Assembly (NCBI GenBank): GCA_051362555.1 | Contig: CM120648.1 | Span: 15,682,587 to 15,746,586, forward strand | Reading direction: 5' to 3' | DNA from: Lingula anatina | Taxonomy: Eukaryota; Animalia; Brachiopoda | DNA length: 64,000 nucleotides | Part shown: in pieces, positions 36,971-50,000 of the stretch | Layout: each line of letters opens with the position of its first letter | Numbering within the stretch: the stretch's first letter is position 1 | Notes under the pieces: model-generated | The model's database searches: none | The model's input: the letters and a program-made list of their open reading frames with translations, nothing else | What the model was told of the DNA's origin: nothing | Program-made: the position numbers and the translations under genes

Positions 36971-39900
36971 ACTGCTGGATGATTTTGCAGACAAGATCTG
37001 GAGCTATTTCAAAGCAAAGTCCATTTGCTTGTCTTTCACGGGCATTTTCGCACCAATACAACTAACCAAGTTCCATAGTATTATAAGACGACACATTTTT
37101 CACCCTTCAAATCTTCTGGACTATATTTAACATGCAAATGCAAGCCCCAGTGACTGGGACATAAATGTACATGTGGCTTTTGGGTTCACATTGACCAGTA
37201 AAAGATTAATAATATAATACCACTATGTATATATATTTATTGCTTACCTTTAAATTATTCAGTATCTTTTAGTGGATGGTCACTTAAGATAAATCTAAAT
37301 GATATATTTGAGCATGTGGTTCGGGTTCCACATTTTTGTTACAGACTTAACGAAACTCATCTTGGAATTTATTTTACAACCTTATATTACGGTACCTTTT
37401 TATTATCTTCTGTCATCAAATTAGCACCGGAAAATTACTTTTGAGCCCCCAGAATAGTACCATTTTACCTAATACAAGCCCGCAGTTCAAAGGTTATAAA
37501 TTACACCAAATTATTAAAATAGCGGCATGCAACCAACACTTGGTTTTGATAAAATAAATGGCTAACAATTATCCTCATGCGGTCAAAGATGTATTATTTT
37601 GCTTTAATGCAGCCATTTTGTTTGCTGACACTTGTTTTATAGATCGGGCAAAAGCAGTTTTGCACTAATTGGATTACTAATTGTACATATAAACTGCAGG
37701 CCCATGTGGCGACTGAATCCTATATTTATTTGGAGGCTTATAAAAGTTTCTATTTACATTTTATGAAACCGAAAATGCATTCTGCACCAGGAAATAATCA
37801 ATAAAAATGACGTATGGCACGCTTATGAAGGTGTGATAGTTTCAAAATGGTGAATAATTCTCAATTTGAAAATGGCGTATTAGGGTCATCTTGGATTTGA
37901 GGCACAAATTTTATGAAACAAATAATGTATTCTGCACCAGAATATAATATAAAACGACGTATTACTCATTTACAAAGATGCAATACATATAGTTTCAAAA
38001 TAGCTAATAATGCCCAATTTCAAAATTGTTTTTGGCGGCCATCTTGGATTTGAGGGATAAAACGGCCACCAATGGCCTCCATAATGGTAAAAATGTGTTT
38101 GTTTGCTCATAATATAGTCCAATAGCGATGGTATATAACAAAAAATTGCATTCAGATATATTTGAATGCGGGTTATCAATATCCATGGTTTTGCAGCGTT
38201 CACACATATCTTGGTAGGCACTTAAAACACCCTCTTTGTTCCTTCAAATCACCTACTATCACCATAACAATATCAAAAATGACTTTTGCACCCCCAAAAT
38301 AGTAAGAATCGATATATATATCAAGTATAGTTAGACCAAACGCTTCAAAATTCAACATAAAATAGCAAAATTATGTCCACTTTCAAAATGGCGGTCGGCG
38401 GCCATCTTGGATTTGAGGCACAAAATGGCCACCAATTGCTTCCAAATGATCAAAAATGGGTTCCTTGTCCCTAATTTAGTCAGGTTTGATAATCTATACA
38501 TGTTTCTAGGCCAAAAATTAATGGAAATATGAAATATTATATATTTTGGCACATAATTTGCATAATTTATGCTAATTAATGTATCGATAGAGGGCGTCTC
38601 TTTGGATAAAAAATTTTCTTTTGGCCCAAGGAACATTTATGCCAAGTTAGACATTTGTACTATAAAATGCAGCGTTTGACCTCTTAACAAGCCTACTAAT
38701 CAACCACTTTTACTAAATTCTTATATGGCTAAAATAATGTCGACACGCCAAGGGATAAAGGGAATAAAACACTCGATCACCCATAAAAGATGTTTAGACA
38801 GTGCCTTTCTTTAAATTTTGGTCAGAAATTTAAGCTACTTACGTGACCTACTTTTCTGCACCAGGTATATACCGGATAGTAAGCTAGCGGAAAAATCCAT
38901 TCAAATGTCGTTTTTCGGGTAATATTAAACAATGACTTTTGGTAATTCTCTCATTTATTTTGTTTGAAACTTTATGCTGACATTTAGCTGTTTTTTGTGG
39001 CAAAAAATAACATTATATACATCTTTAATAGGCATATTTTTAAATAAGCACATGTTACTGCAAGGAAGGACACAGAACGTTCCAGCAGGCTAATTCACGC
39101 CTGTAACAGCTTCACGCGTTTACAAGGGGAAGTGTTAAGCCAAATTCTTGAGCCTTGTTATAAACTTGGTATGGTACGGTGAATCTAACCACATAGCTAA
39201 AAGTGCGACACTTCTAAGCATGTTAAACATTTTCTTCTGTGAGAAGCTTGAAAAGCTAAACGTGCTGTTTAGCAGCTCCACGCGTTCAGGAGTTCGTTTC
39301 ACACTTATAGCAGCTCAATATGTTTAGCAGTTACACGCGCTTAGCAGGGGAAGTGCTTAGCCATTGTCCTTAGCCTTGTGATAAACTATTATAGAGTCAT
39401 ATGCCGATGAAGTTAGACTCATGGCTTAACGAGTAACACTGCCAAACGAGTCTACCATTTTCTTCTGTGACAAGCCTAAAAAGCTATGCGTGTTTAGCTT
39501 TTACACATATTTCTTAATGCGTTCAGGTGCTAAACGTGTGTTGTATGTGTTTAAATGCTAACGCTGTTTTTTACAGTGTACCAGTAGTAGTGGGTCTCTA
39601 AGTAAGGCAATCTCCCCTGATTTCAACCTGTCGGCCTCAGCTACATCGAAAATCCATGGAGTTGGAGTGTAATGAACCTTTTACACATACCTACATATGG
39701 GGTGAATATCCTAAACTTATATAATTTTGACCGCTTAATTCAAGCGTGGGGTCGAAATAGGACATTAGGTTTTAGACTAACTTAGTGGATAACGCGATCC
39801 AAAGATTCCACGGTTCGTGTCAGATTTACGCAAAGAAAACCTAGGTCCACATAATGATTTAAACGATTTATTCGTTGACGCTCGGTAGCTACATATTCTA

Positions 39901-42599
39901 AGTGAAGTCTCCAACTCCTAACTACGTCTCGGCCCGTACTCCGTCGTTTCCAATCTCCTGCTTCACTGCTTCCTTCTCGCTGTCTCTACATCTCCCTCCT
40001 CTCGTTCAATTCTCATCACTTAAATACTATTTTGTTATCTTTACATGGTTCCAGTGCTGCACTAGTGTGAGATGTACGTCAAACTTAATAACCCGTAATT
40101 GTATAGTTAATTTCTTTACCTCGGAGTTATACAAAGAGGCCGCCACATTACTCGAAAGCTATTGCACCATAACGCGTTACATCCCCAGCAGGCATAGTTG
40201 CGTTGGATCAACGTTGAAAACAGGTTGATACGTTGAATTGCCGTTGATCTACCTAAATTCAACGTAATATCAACGTTGATCCAGCCACGTTGACTCAACG
40301 TTTTATTTTGGTCAATGACACAACCTTGCAGTTATGCATTGTAATTTAAAATATTAATTATTGAAAACGTGATAGTTTGTTTATCAATACTGCAACTAAA
40401 TTTATCAAAATAATAACAAAATGGTTTTCAAGTAAAAGTGACAGTTGTTTTGTGTCTTTAGTTAACTAGTGAATTTTCTTAACTTGTTATTCAGAAATAC
40501 ATTCCAATAAACTGAATTGCTTGCAAGGTCAGCTAACACTAGGATGAATAAGTTGCTGTATATGTGATGGAGTTAACAGTACTTGGTAACTTGTTATAGA
40601 TAAACATGTTGGGGTGACTGTGCCCTTGTTATATATATTTTATGTAAACTTTGGAAATTTTAACCTAAAGGCCAAACAATTATACCCTACATATATTTAG
40701 CCATCAAACATGTCACACTGCTAAACACATCCAGGCAAATTTCCCGCTGGGTGGGGTTGATATAACATTGTTTTCTGACGTTGATACATCGTTGTTATCT
40801 GAGGTTGACACAACTTTCAAATCCAGCGTTTTTTCAATGTCTTTTCAACATTAAGGTTCAACGTTGTTTCAACGTTAATACAACAATTTACCCGCTGGGA
40901 TCACATGACTTTATACGATCTTAATGTTGGACTTGTCAGGAGGTAGAAGAGTGACTCCATTTATTTGTTTTGACCCCCTATCTCAGCGATAGTGAAACCT
41001 GACATAGTTTTCCTTCACCTAAGTACATACGACCAAGATAATCATGCTCTATTCCCCGCTGATGAAGCAAATAACATCTAATCTTTGGTCAACACTATGA
41101 TTCAGGAAAAATTTCCGATGGATTACCCAATAGAACCCACGGGCAAGTATTCTTTACAATAACTGTATAGTCAAGGTGCAATGAAGTGATATATGGGCTC
41201 TTGGATATATATGATTCTGTCGCAAATTGATCAACTTTTAGGAGATAGGTTTAACATTTTTTATAAACTTTGTGGTTATCTTACTAGTAACAAAACACTT
41301 TCCGTTATTTAGCCATGTTGTGATTGGTATTTTATATTAAATACTGAATTTCACTCAAATTATTTATTAGATCAAAACATGACCAGTATTTTCTTATATA
41401 TCATATATCTATTACTCTCCAGTTGAGTTCCCGCCCCGCCTCCTCTCTACTTTTGTCTCTACCTCTTTCAATTTCCACTGACCTTAGCTCCGTTTACGTT
41501 ACATGCCGCTGTATTACAAGATCACGTTACACGCCCATTACAAGAACATGTCCATCTACACTACAGTACAACGTTTTTCTTTTCTCACCTCCTGACTTCT
41601 AATGACCAGCATTACAATACTTTGGAAATAGCTATGGAATGAATATCATTGGGAATGGCACTGAAAAGGTCTAGAAAGAAAGTTGAAATCTAAACACGAA
41701 AAGGCTTGACACATGGATTTAAGAAAAACAATCGGCGCATGTTTTGACGCTTCAGCCCAAATGTTGTGACGCGACTTTTGTAGCCCGCTCTCTCCCGTTT
41801 TTAATGAAAAAATACATTGGACATGCCTTTCATATTTAACGCAATGATCAACAGAAAATACCGATTTTAAATTTTTCTCACCTGTATGATCGTTCTTCTC
41901 GATATTTCCCAAGAGCTGTAAATAAATAAATTAAATTCAGTGAATCAAAAGTAAAATGCTATATATATTTCAACTGAACTGAATGTGTTTGTTTGTGAAA
42001 GTAACATGCGTCATCAATGTATGTGATGCATCACTTCCTCCTTCTTCGTAACAGAAATACCATGGGGGAGATAAGGGGTTCTGATAAATACGTACTATTA
42101 AATCCTGAATGAGAACAAAACCAATATAAAATCAGTTAGTACTATGCATTACCTGACGTGAATTCAGCAAGGGGTATTCATGCTACTAGTAAACCGGTTC
42201 ATGCACAGGTGCCTTTATCAATGTAACACTTACTTCCCCGGTAGAGGGTTTGCCGCCGTCATGTCGATGAAGGTGAATCACAGCCCCCACCACCACTATG
42301 GCTAACATCTGTAAACAACACATAATGAAGATCACCATGAGGTAAAAACGCAGCCGCTTAAGTTTCCCATAAAAACGAGATGTATGTTGCTCTTCGTGAC
42401 TATTATCATCCTCACTGAAGTCGTCAAAGGAGGCCGGGCCTACAGTGGTGATGTTAGACGGTCTGATGGAGGCGTACAGACCGTCCGTGGTCGTGGACTG
42501 GTCCGAGTCCAGTGAAGAAGGTATTGGTATCATTGGTGGCTCGTCATATTCATGTACATAGCGATGTTGGAAGTGACGACCATGGAAATTCATCATCAT
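31546..42599 (-). CDS. TNF-superfamily ligand, type II membrane protein (5 exons, about 319 aa)
   Basis: Exons 42599-42234, 41915-41882, 32981-32895, 32587-32486 and 31916-31546, phase-consistent. Basic KLKRLR followed by the TM segment FYLMVIFIMCCLQMLAIVVVGAVI. TNF homology domain: LAHL, FTW, GYLTVGREGHFLVYSQL, YLTGIMHLKGSDRVRV, NSFGMYML. The last exon is secure; the small middle exons are less so. Confidence 0.85.
33801..39578. mobile_element. Non-autonomous EnSpm/CACTA-type element (CACTG termini) in TNF intron 2
   Basis: TA|CACTGTAAAAACAG ... CTGTTTTTTACAGTG|TA, with GTTTAGC/GCTAAAC subterminal repeats at both ends. A 59-bp tandem duplication lies at 33914-34028. Confidence 0.7.
35027..38698. 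mobile_element. Non-autonomous Academ-type element with TIRs of about 760 bp
   Basis: ATC|TAGTAGGCTTGTTAAG ... CTTAACAAGCCTACTA|ATC (TAG termini, 3-bp TSD). 35027-35790 is near-identical to the reverse complement of 37910-38698, which is why ORFs 35099..35383 and 38352..38636 mirror each other. Confidence 0.85.
40184..40899. mobile_element. Non-autonomous EnSpm-type MITE with CCCAG termini
   Basis: ATC|CCCAGCAGG ... CCCGCTGGG|ATC, with palindromic CAACGTTG subterminal repeats at both ends. Confidence 0.75.
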
Positions 42600-42681
42600 T
42601 AGGAATGGATCAGCCTAATTTTGATCAAACGACGCTTTGCAGTTGCAGTTCTTTTACGGAGTCACTGGAACAAATCTGTTT

Positions 42682-42691
42682 GGATTTTCCC
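42682..42691 (-). promoter_or_regulatory. Candidate Rel/NF-kB-like site upstream of the TNF start codon
   Basis: GGGAAAATCC on the minus strand, about 85 bp upstream of the ATG. Motif match only. Confidence 0.3.
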
Positions 42692-44096
42692 AGGGCACGT
42701 TACTTATCATTATTTCCTCAGGGTCACCAAGGCTGGGAAGTTTTACCGTGGTTAAAAATACTGTAAGACGTGAACCCCATGCTAATCACCCTGTGCGTTA
42801 TACACTTTCGGTCAAAAAATATGTTAATTTACATGTTATCTACATACTTCTTTCATACAACAAAACAAGCATGTTCTTATCCGCCGATATTACGATATAA
42901 GTCCGAACAGCCTAATTCACCACCGACCCTTTACTTTTCGTGCCCCGAGGTTCTTCAGTACTATTTGTCTGATAAACATTAATCCGCACATGCTGTGGGA
43001 CAACGTCTTGGAGAAACTCACCCTTATTCTTCTTTAGGCTTATCAATCTGCTTCACCATAAAATGCAACACTTGAATCGTGTTGTCATTTGACCAAAATG
43101 ATAACTATGTTGTGTTTTAATATCTGAGTTAAAACAAACCAAAATGATAAAACATCGATTAGTCTGTCGTAAATGTTTTTAAACATCGGTGATCACGGTC
43201 TTGAAAATCTATAGTTAGAAATTAGGTTGATATGATTTAACGTAATAACCATTAAATGGCTCTTCGCAGTTACTAATACACAAATGCACGGTACAAATAA
43301 TAATATCAAGAACGTTTCCATTGGCCACTATAAACCATGTCTTAAACATGTGCCGTAGGTCTATGTACGAGTATGTTTGTCTTTTCGTTTTCCAAGAGCG
43401 CTTTATTTTTCACTTTACTAACAAAGATACCAACACCTGAAAAATGTACACCGCTTAGAATAACTCTGCGACGTGACCTCATGTTATCAACTTTTGTGTG
43501 CACTACCTCGGTATAATCACAAAGTACAAGTACCACTTCAATAATTCCATTGTTTTGACCACTCATCATTTTCTATTGGGGTCATAATGATAATTTAGGA
43601 CTGATATTTTTATCACTTTATATGATAAACTTCAGTAGAAGATCACAACGTCTCTAAAAGGCATACAAAGTAGACTCCCGTAGGATTGTGGGAAGGTCTT
43701 TTTATGGATGCTCGACCATTGTACTGTACCAGCTAGTTTAAAAGTCACCGATTATATTGTGAGTACAAGTATTATAAACGTCAAATACATAGTTGTATCT
43801 TGTCTAAAAGCGGATGTCACGCATCGCACCGGTGGCTCACGGTTCGCTTTTACTTAGCCTACATGTAATTGAGGCCACTTTCTTCTATGGATTAAGATGC
43901 ATGTGAGGTTATGCATGTACTTCCGTGTACTTTATCGAGATTGATGGCTTTGCTGAAGTCCATTAATGAATGAGTTAAATGTGTGATGATTGTTACATGG
44001 ACATTGTGTACACGAATTTTCTCTTTCCCATTTGTTTTAGATCTCGTCCCTGAGCAAATGTGGAATCTGAAGCCTTGGAACTTTAACATTTCTACA

Positions 44097-47000
44097 ATGG
44101 CCAGTTATTTGACCTATTTCGCAGCGGTAAGTTTTTTATATTTCCATTCTCCTGTAGGTTTAATTGATCGCTTTTTTCTTTTATTCTGTGAAAAAATGGC
44201 TAGCTGGTACAGCATTCTTTGTTTGCGTTATCCTTTTTAACCCTGATCAAACCGATATGTGCTGCAACATATCCCTACTGATGAATCACCGATATGTTGG
44301 GTATTTTCACAGCAGAAGCTTTTTGGTAAATCGGAAACATTTATACATGCAATACACGATGCTTGAGAGTAACAATATTATTTTACACTTAGTAAGGTGT
44401 TTACAAAGATTAGCTGAGGAGAGTATTATACACCTTTTTACTTTTCTTTAATTTGTTTACAGCCCTAATCCTGATGATATATTTAAGCAAAAGTATACAC
44501 TCTTAATAAAACTAAAACAATGCTGAAACATTTATTTAAAATACTAATAATATTAAAATATTAATTTCTTCAAAAATACGCTACCCTTCAGTCTTAGTGT
44601 TGTTTACAAATAAAATAAAATTATCAGAATTACAAGTAAATATAAAAATACTAAAAGCTGAGGTGAATCGAGCAATTAAATATGAGTGCTGGTTATAATA
44701 GCAATAGTCCTATAGTAATATATTTTATGATAAATGAGAAAATATTCAAGTATTACAATCAATTGAATTATTGCGCAAATAAGAATGCTTTCAAGTCTTT
44801 TTTTAAACCCTCAACACTATCTATAGTTTGAATACGTGAGGGTAGTTCGTTCCTTAAGATGGGTGCTGCAGTTGAAATTTAGTGACCCGGTGACCTAGTG
44901 AGATTTAGCATATATTTAGAAGATGAAGACTATTCACCTCGGGTGAATTTTAAGACAAACAGCACTAATATAAAAACAAGTCTCTGCCGTACTGGAAGCC
45001 AATGTAGTCCGAATAAGATAGGTGAAATGTCTTATCTGAGAGGAAAATAGGTCAGTAGTCGTGCTGCCGCATTTTGGACAGATCCCAGTTTTTCAAGTTG
45101 GTTCAAAGGAAGACCATAAAGTGAACTGTTTCTGTAGTCCAGGTGTGAAGTTATGAGGCATGAACAAACCTCTACATTTGACCTTTGTCAAGGATACGGG
45201 GTAGCTTGGAGATTTTTAAGGCCGTAGAAAGCGCTTCTGCAATTATCGTACCTATTATAAAAAATTACTCCTTGGTTTTTAACCTCATCTTTTACCGTGA
45301 CAATGCTGTTTCCTATTTCTAATTATTATTATTTTTCGGCATCTTTAGAAAAACGAGAGATGAGTGAACTAGTTCTGTTTTACCATCATTGAAAACAAAT
45401 GAATTGGCGTTAAGCCGTTGACTCAAGTGAGATACATTTCTGGATAGATATTATCGCATTTGATATCCTGTTGCAAACAATATCAATGTGTGAGTCATCT
45501 GCGTAGGACATTAGGTTAAACAGTGCTATATATAGAGAGACAATGTCCTCAATTGGTGACGTGTAAAGAGGGTACAGGATGGGGCCAAGTACAGAGTACA
45601 GAGTACAAATAAAATACAGACTTGACTTTTAATATGGAGTATTTTTTTCCAAATCATTTTTCATCAGTATTTTTCTATTTTGCTGAGTGACAAATGAAAA
45701 TAAAAATACATTTTTGTCTTAATAACATTTAATTATCTCCTTGATATCATTGTGACATTAATTTATTAATTGAATTCGCCATTGAAGCAAACAAAACACA
45801 TTGCCTTTTCCAAGTCATACGACAACCATCAAAAGCGATATTTAGGATCTCTATATTTTCCAAATCACCGCCTTTAAAAGAGTTACAAGCCCCAAAGAGC
45901 CCTCATGCCAGTGTCTTGTCACAACATTGGTTGTTGTTATGCTTGACCACATCTGGCTGCTACCAGGGCTCTCAAGTGGCAAGGCATTCCTTGGGATAGG
46001 TTTTTAGAGTTTTGAATTTCTGGAATGAAATCTGGAATAACTTCCTAGGCAAAACTTGGTATGTTAGAAAGCTGTTTCAAAACTTGTCAAATGTGATTCG
46101 GCAAGTAATCACCTACCCACATTTTGTCGATGTGGTTATAAAAATGGCGATTTTGATGACCAAGGTAGCTGCTCATTCCCTTGGTTCTGTACGTTATCTA
46201 CTTATAAAAGTACCCCGTGTGAACCGACAATCCCATTGCGCAACCTGAGATTGTTTCTAAAGTCCCCCCTTCAAATGATATAGTCAAGGGGTTCCCAGAA
46301 TATCTCTTTATTTGATCTGGTTCAGGTTTTCATGGGTGACTACTATTTGTGTTTTAGCACCAGTGCGGTATCTAGTCCAAATACTGACACTTTAGACACG
46401 GCACACGATTCGTCGTAGACCTCTTCTGGATGTCTGTAAATTCTGGTTTGACTAGTTGATAGGTATATGTGGAATCTGACCTCAATAAAGAAAGCCACTC
46501 GGTTTTAGAGTACTACCCGGAAACGGTCATGGAGAGCCGTGGTCAAGGAAGGCCGCGACCTAGATAAGGCGGACCTACATGAAAGGGAAACCGCTTAATC
46601 ATGTAATGGCCTCTCCGCCACTCAAACGGCTCCTCACGTCGCCCTCGACGGGTTTGAACTCAGCCGAAATCTAATAAGTGTGCCTGTGCGTTCCGTACGA
46701 TACAATTAAGCAAAACATTATATCCAGCCTGCAATGTTAATGTTCGATTCAAAGAATTCCATCAGTTTTTACTTCAATGAGAACTTTTCAGCATTTTATT
46801 CAATCTGTTGCAGATTTACAGCAGGTTTACAATATTTCACGGCAATGAAACTCCTCCATCTGACAAAAACATCTTGGTGCTGTTGGCTAGGGTTAATTAA
46901 GATGGTATTTGACATAAAAATATACAAGTTTTATAAAGCTAGAACACACAATCGGACCCTAGAGACATAGGCCTTACTGAAACTTGATATTTGACTCCCC

Positions 47001-50000
47001 CCGTTTTTTGGCACCCAAACAGTTTATGGCTCTTTGGGTAATATGAAAGGTGGTACTCATACAAAAAGGTTGAAAAAGGTTGTCCCAACTCCATTTCCAT
47101 GTGATTGTGCTGACAAATCATCACCTCACAGGTGAAATTGTTATAAACCCTGAGGTCATTCCAGATGCCACAATGGTGATGCCGATATCCATATTTTGAC
47201 CAAAGTTGTATAAAGGAAATTCCTATCATATACATTTGTAAATATAAATTTATTAAATAAACAATGTGCTTTTTAATCAATACTTTATGTAATAATTCAC
47301 ATTTGCCAGTAGTTATCATTAGCAACCATGCTACTTTGTTATCTACTAATTATTGTAATTCCTATACACAGGTGATCGCTATTTCCGTTGCTGAAGTTAC
47401 ATCACAGACAAAATGTGATAACGCTTACTCTTGTTGGGCAGGTAAACTGTTTTCATTTCTTGTCGGTATATGTTACCATTTTTTAGTAGATAACAACTAA
47501 TAATAATGGCAAACATATAGGTTTATTAGTATGGTGCCAAAAAAAAAAAAAATAAATAAATAAATAAAAGAAATAAATAAATAAATAAAGGTGACTTGTA
47601 CATTTTGACCTACAAGCATGGAATTTGGCACAGTTGTGGAGAATGGATTTCTAAGCCATTAAGGATATATGAGCATGTCTCAAAAGTCCAATATCGCCGC
47701 CAAATCCAATATGGTTGACGCAAAAACTCTTGCAAATTAAAACTGTTTGTGCTTATTCATACATGTATAATGGTTATTTAACAAACCGGCCTTGATGTCT
47801 GTCACGGCTATCAAATCAGCTAGGGGGTAAATATAATTACCCCACCAACAGTTTTACTAGGTGTGACAGACATGTAAGCCGGTCAAGTTGACAGCATTTT
47901 ATTGGGACTCCAGGGAGATAGATTGATTGAAATAACCGTGAGAATAGTTAGACGCCTTTCCTATACAAATATGCCAATTTCCATGCTTGTATTTTCAATG
48001 CTGCATATTTTGAGGAAGTGGACCACTTTTTTTTAGTTTTGGAGACTATGTTCGAGTTTTATGCACTTAAAGAAGCTTATATTAATAACTGATCAATACA
48101 ATGATATTTTCTAACTATAAATGATATATTAAGCTATTATAGGTCTATATATTTGGAATTTTATTTTGAATTTGAACGGGCATTTGTAACTGCCATATTG
48201 GTTTTGGCTGTCATATTGGTATTTTCAGACATCCCCGTATATCCAGAGTTGCTATTAATCCCATTCCCTACAATTGTGCCAAACACCATGCTTGTTTTAA
48301 GTGCATGATGAACTCACCATTGTACTGAATAAATTATTTCTTTTGATTCTTTTTGCTGTCATTATAGATTTTATAGACCTCAAGAAGCAGATATTGAAAC
48401 TAGATGTAAACCATGGTGTTTTCTAACCTTTACATAATGTTTAAACCTTTTAAAGACTATATATTGACGTTTTAATTCAAAACTGTATTTTGGCGGCCGT
48501 TTAGGTATTTTCAGACATACCCATATACCCAAAAGTGCTCAGAATTTCATTGTACCTAAATGTACCGAATTTCACGATTTTAGATGAGAAGCTCAATTTT
48601 CACCAACTTGCTGGACTAAATATTTTGCTAAAAATAGATTTTAATTGGGGATAGAACTCTTTCTAACTCTCTCCCTCTCTCTATCTCCCAATATAAAATG
48701 ATTTTGCTAAGCGGCAAGCAAATGTGATATTATATATATATCAGAAATAAAAACAAAACTTATTTGTAGAATAAATGTATCCTATTTCAGGGCAATACTG
48801 GCAGCAGAAGTGTGGAGTGTGTACTGGAAAAAATCAAATTATCGGACAAATAAATGCGGCAAAGGTAATGGCGGTGTGTGAGTATGATGAATGCCTGGTG
48901 GCTTTACGAACATTACACATTATATATGTTTTAATATCCGCCATTCACTTTTTAATTTGGAACACATGACTTAAATACATATCCACACTACACATAGCTC
49001 ATAGTAAATATCAACAATGAATTTGTAACGCAACACCAGTCAATATTACCTCGTGTCATTAGAAGCAGCGTTTATAATATTGGTGTGAGACGCAAACGTT
49101 TCAGATAGGGGTTAACAACACTGTGGTCAAAAAATTGCATTTAAATATAAAGAGGGGTGAAGTTGATTATTGATAAATGAAAAATTAAATAAGTTGTTAG
49201 TACAGTCAAGCGACCACAACTTGACCTGTTTTGCTCTTCTTGACACGTGATCTCAAAGGTTATCCTACAGAATAATTACAGCTTGAACAATTAAAGCATT
49301 TGATATCACTCTGGCTTTTAAACTGAATATCAGTGTGTCCCTCTGTCCGCGACATTCTTGTGTTTAAACGAAGCCAATTTAATACAATTGTTAAATGTCA
49401 TTGGAAATTGTTTCAATACGCACTAATTGAATAAGGATAAAATCACACTATTACAAATAAAACAAAACACGTGTTAAAGTACATTAATACATCATTTCAT
49501 GACGGAACAAGCGCATATCCTATGAAAGCAAATAAAATTAAATTCAGGTTGTTCAAATTGGTTTCTTTCTCAGATTAATGAATATAACACCCAGACCCAA
49601 TATAGAGGTGCAATTGATGTCACAAGCATGTTATTTAATACATTTACCTTACAGATTGTTAACTGTGTTTGATCATTTAGGGTCCCACATGAAAAAGCTT
49701 GTATAAAAGGTTCACTCTCCTGGAACCATGAATAATTAAAAATAATTCATTGTTTAACTCCAAATAGGAACATGCGTTACTGTCACAAATACAAAACATC
49801 CACCTGTGAAACGTTCTCCTCAATTTGAAAATGCAGTCATCACTGGTTTTGTTCATTGATTTATCTCCTACAAGTATAACGTTGCTAAAAATTATGATAA
49901 TCTTCTGTATAGAGCAGTTAATTGTTTTTGAGCGACTTTACTTTGCTTGTCGCAGAATATTTAAAAAAAAATGGGGAAAATACACCCTACCGACAGTAAA

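Noticed and set aside
35099-38636. Pair of near-identical 94-aa ORFs on opposite strands
   Set aside because: They are a by-product of the Academ TIRs.
41646-41881. Remainder of the 88-aa ORF as TNF coding sequence
   Set aside because: A strong CAG|GTGAGA donor at 41881 gives the phase the next exon needs; read-through hits a stop before the TNF domain.
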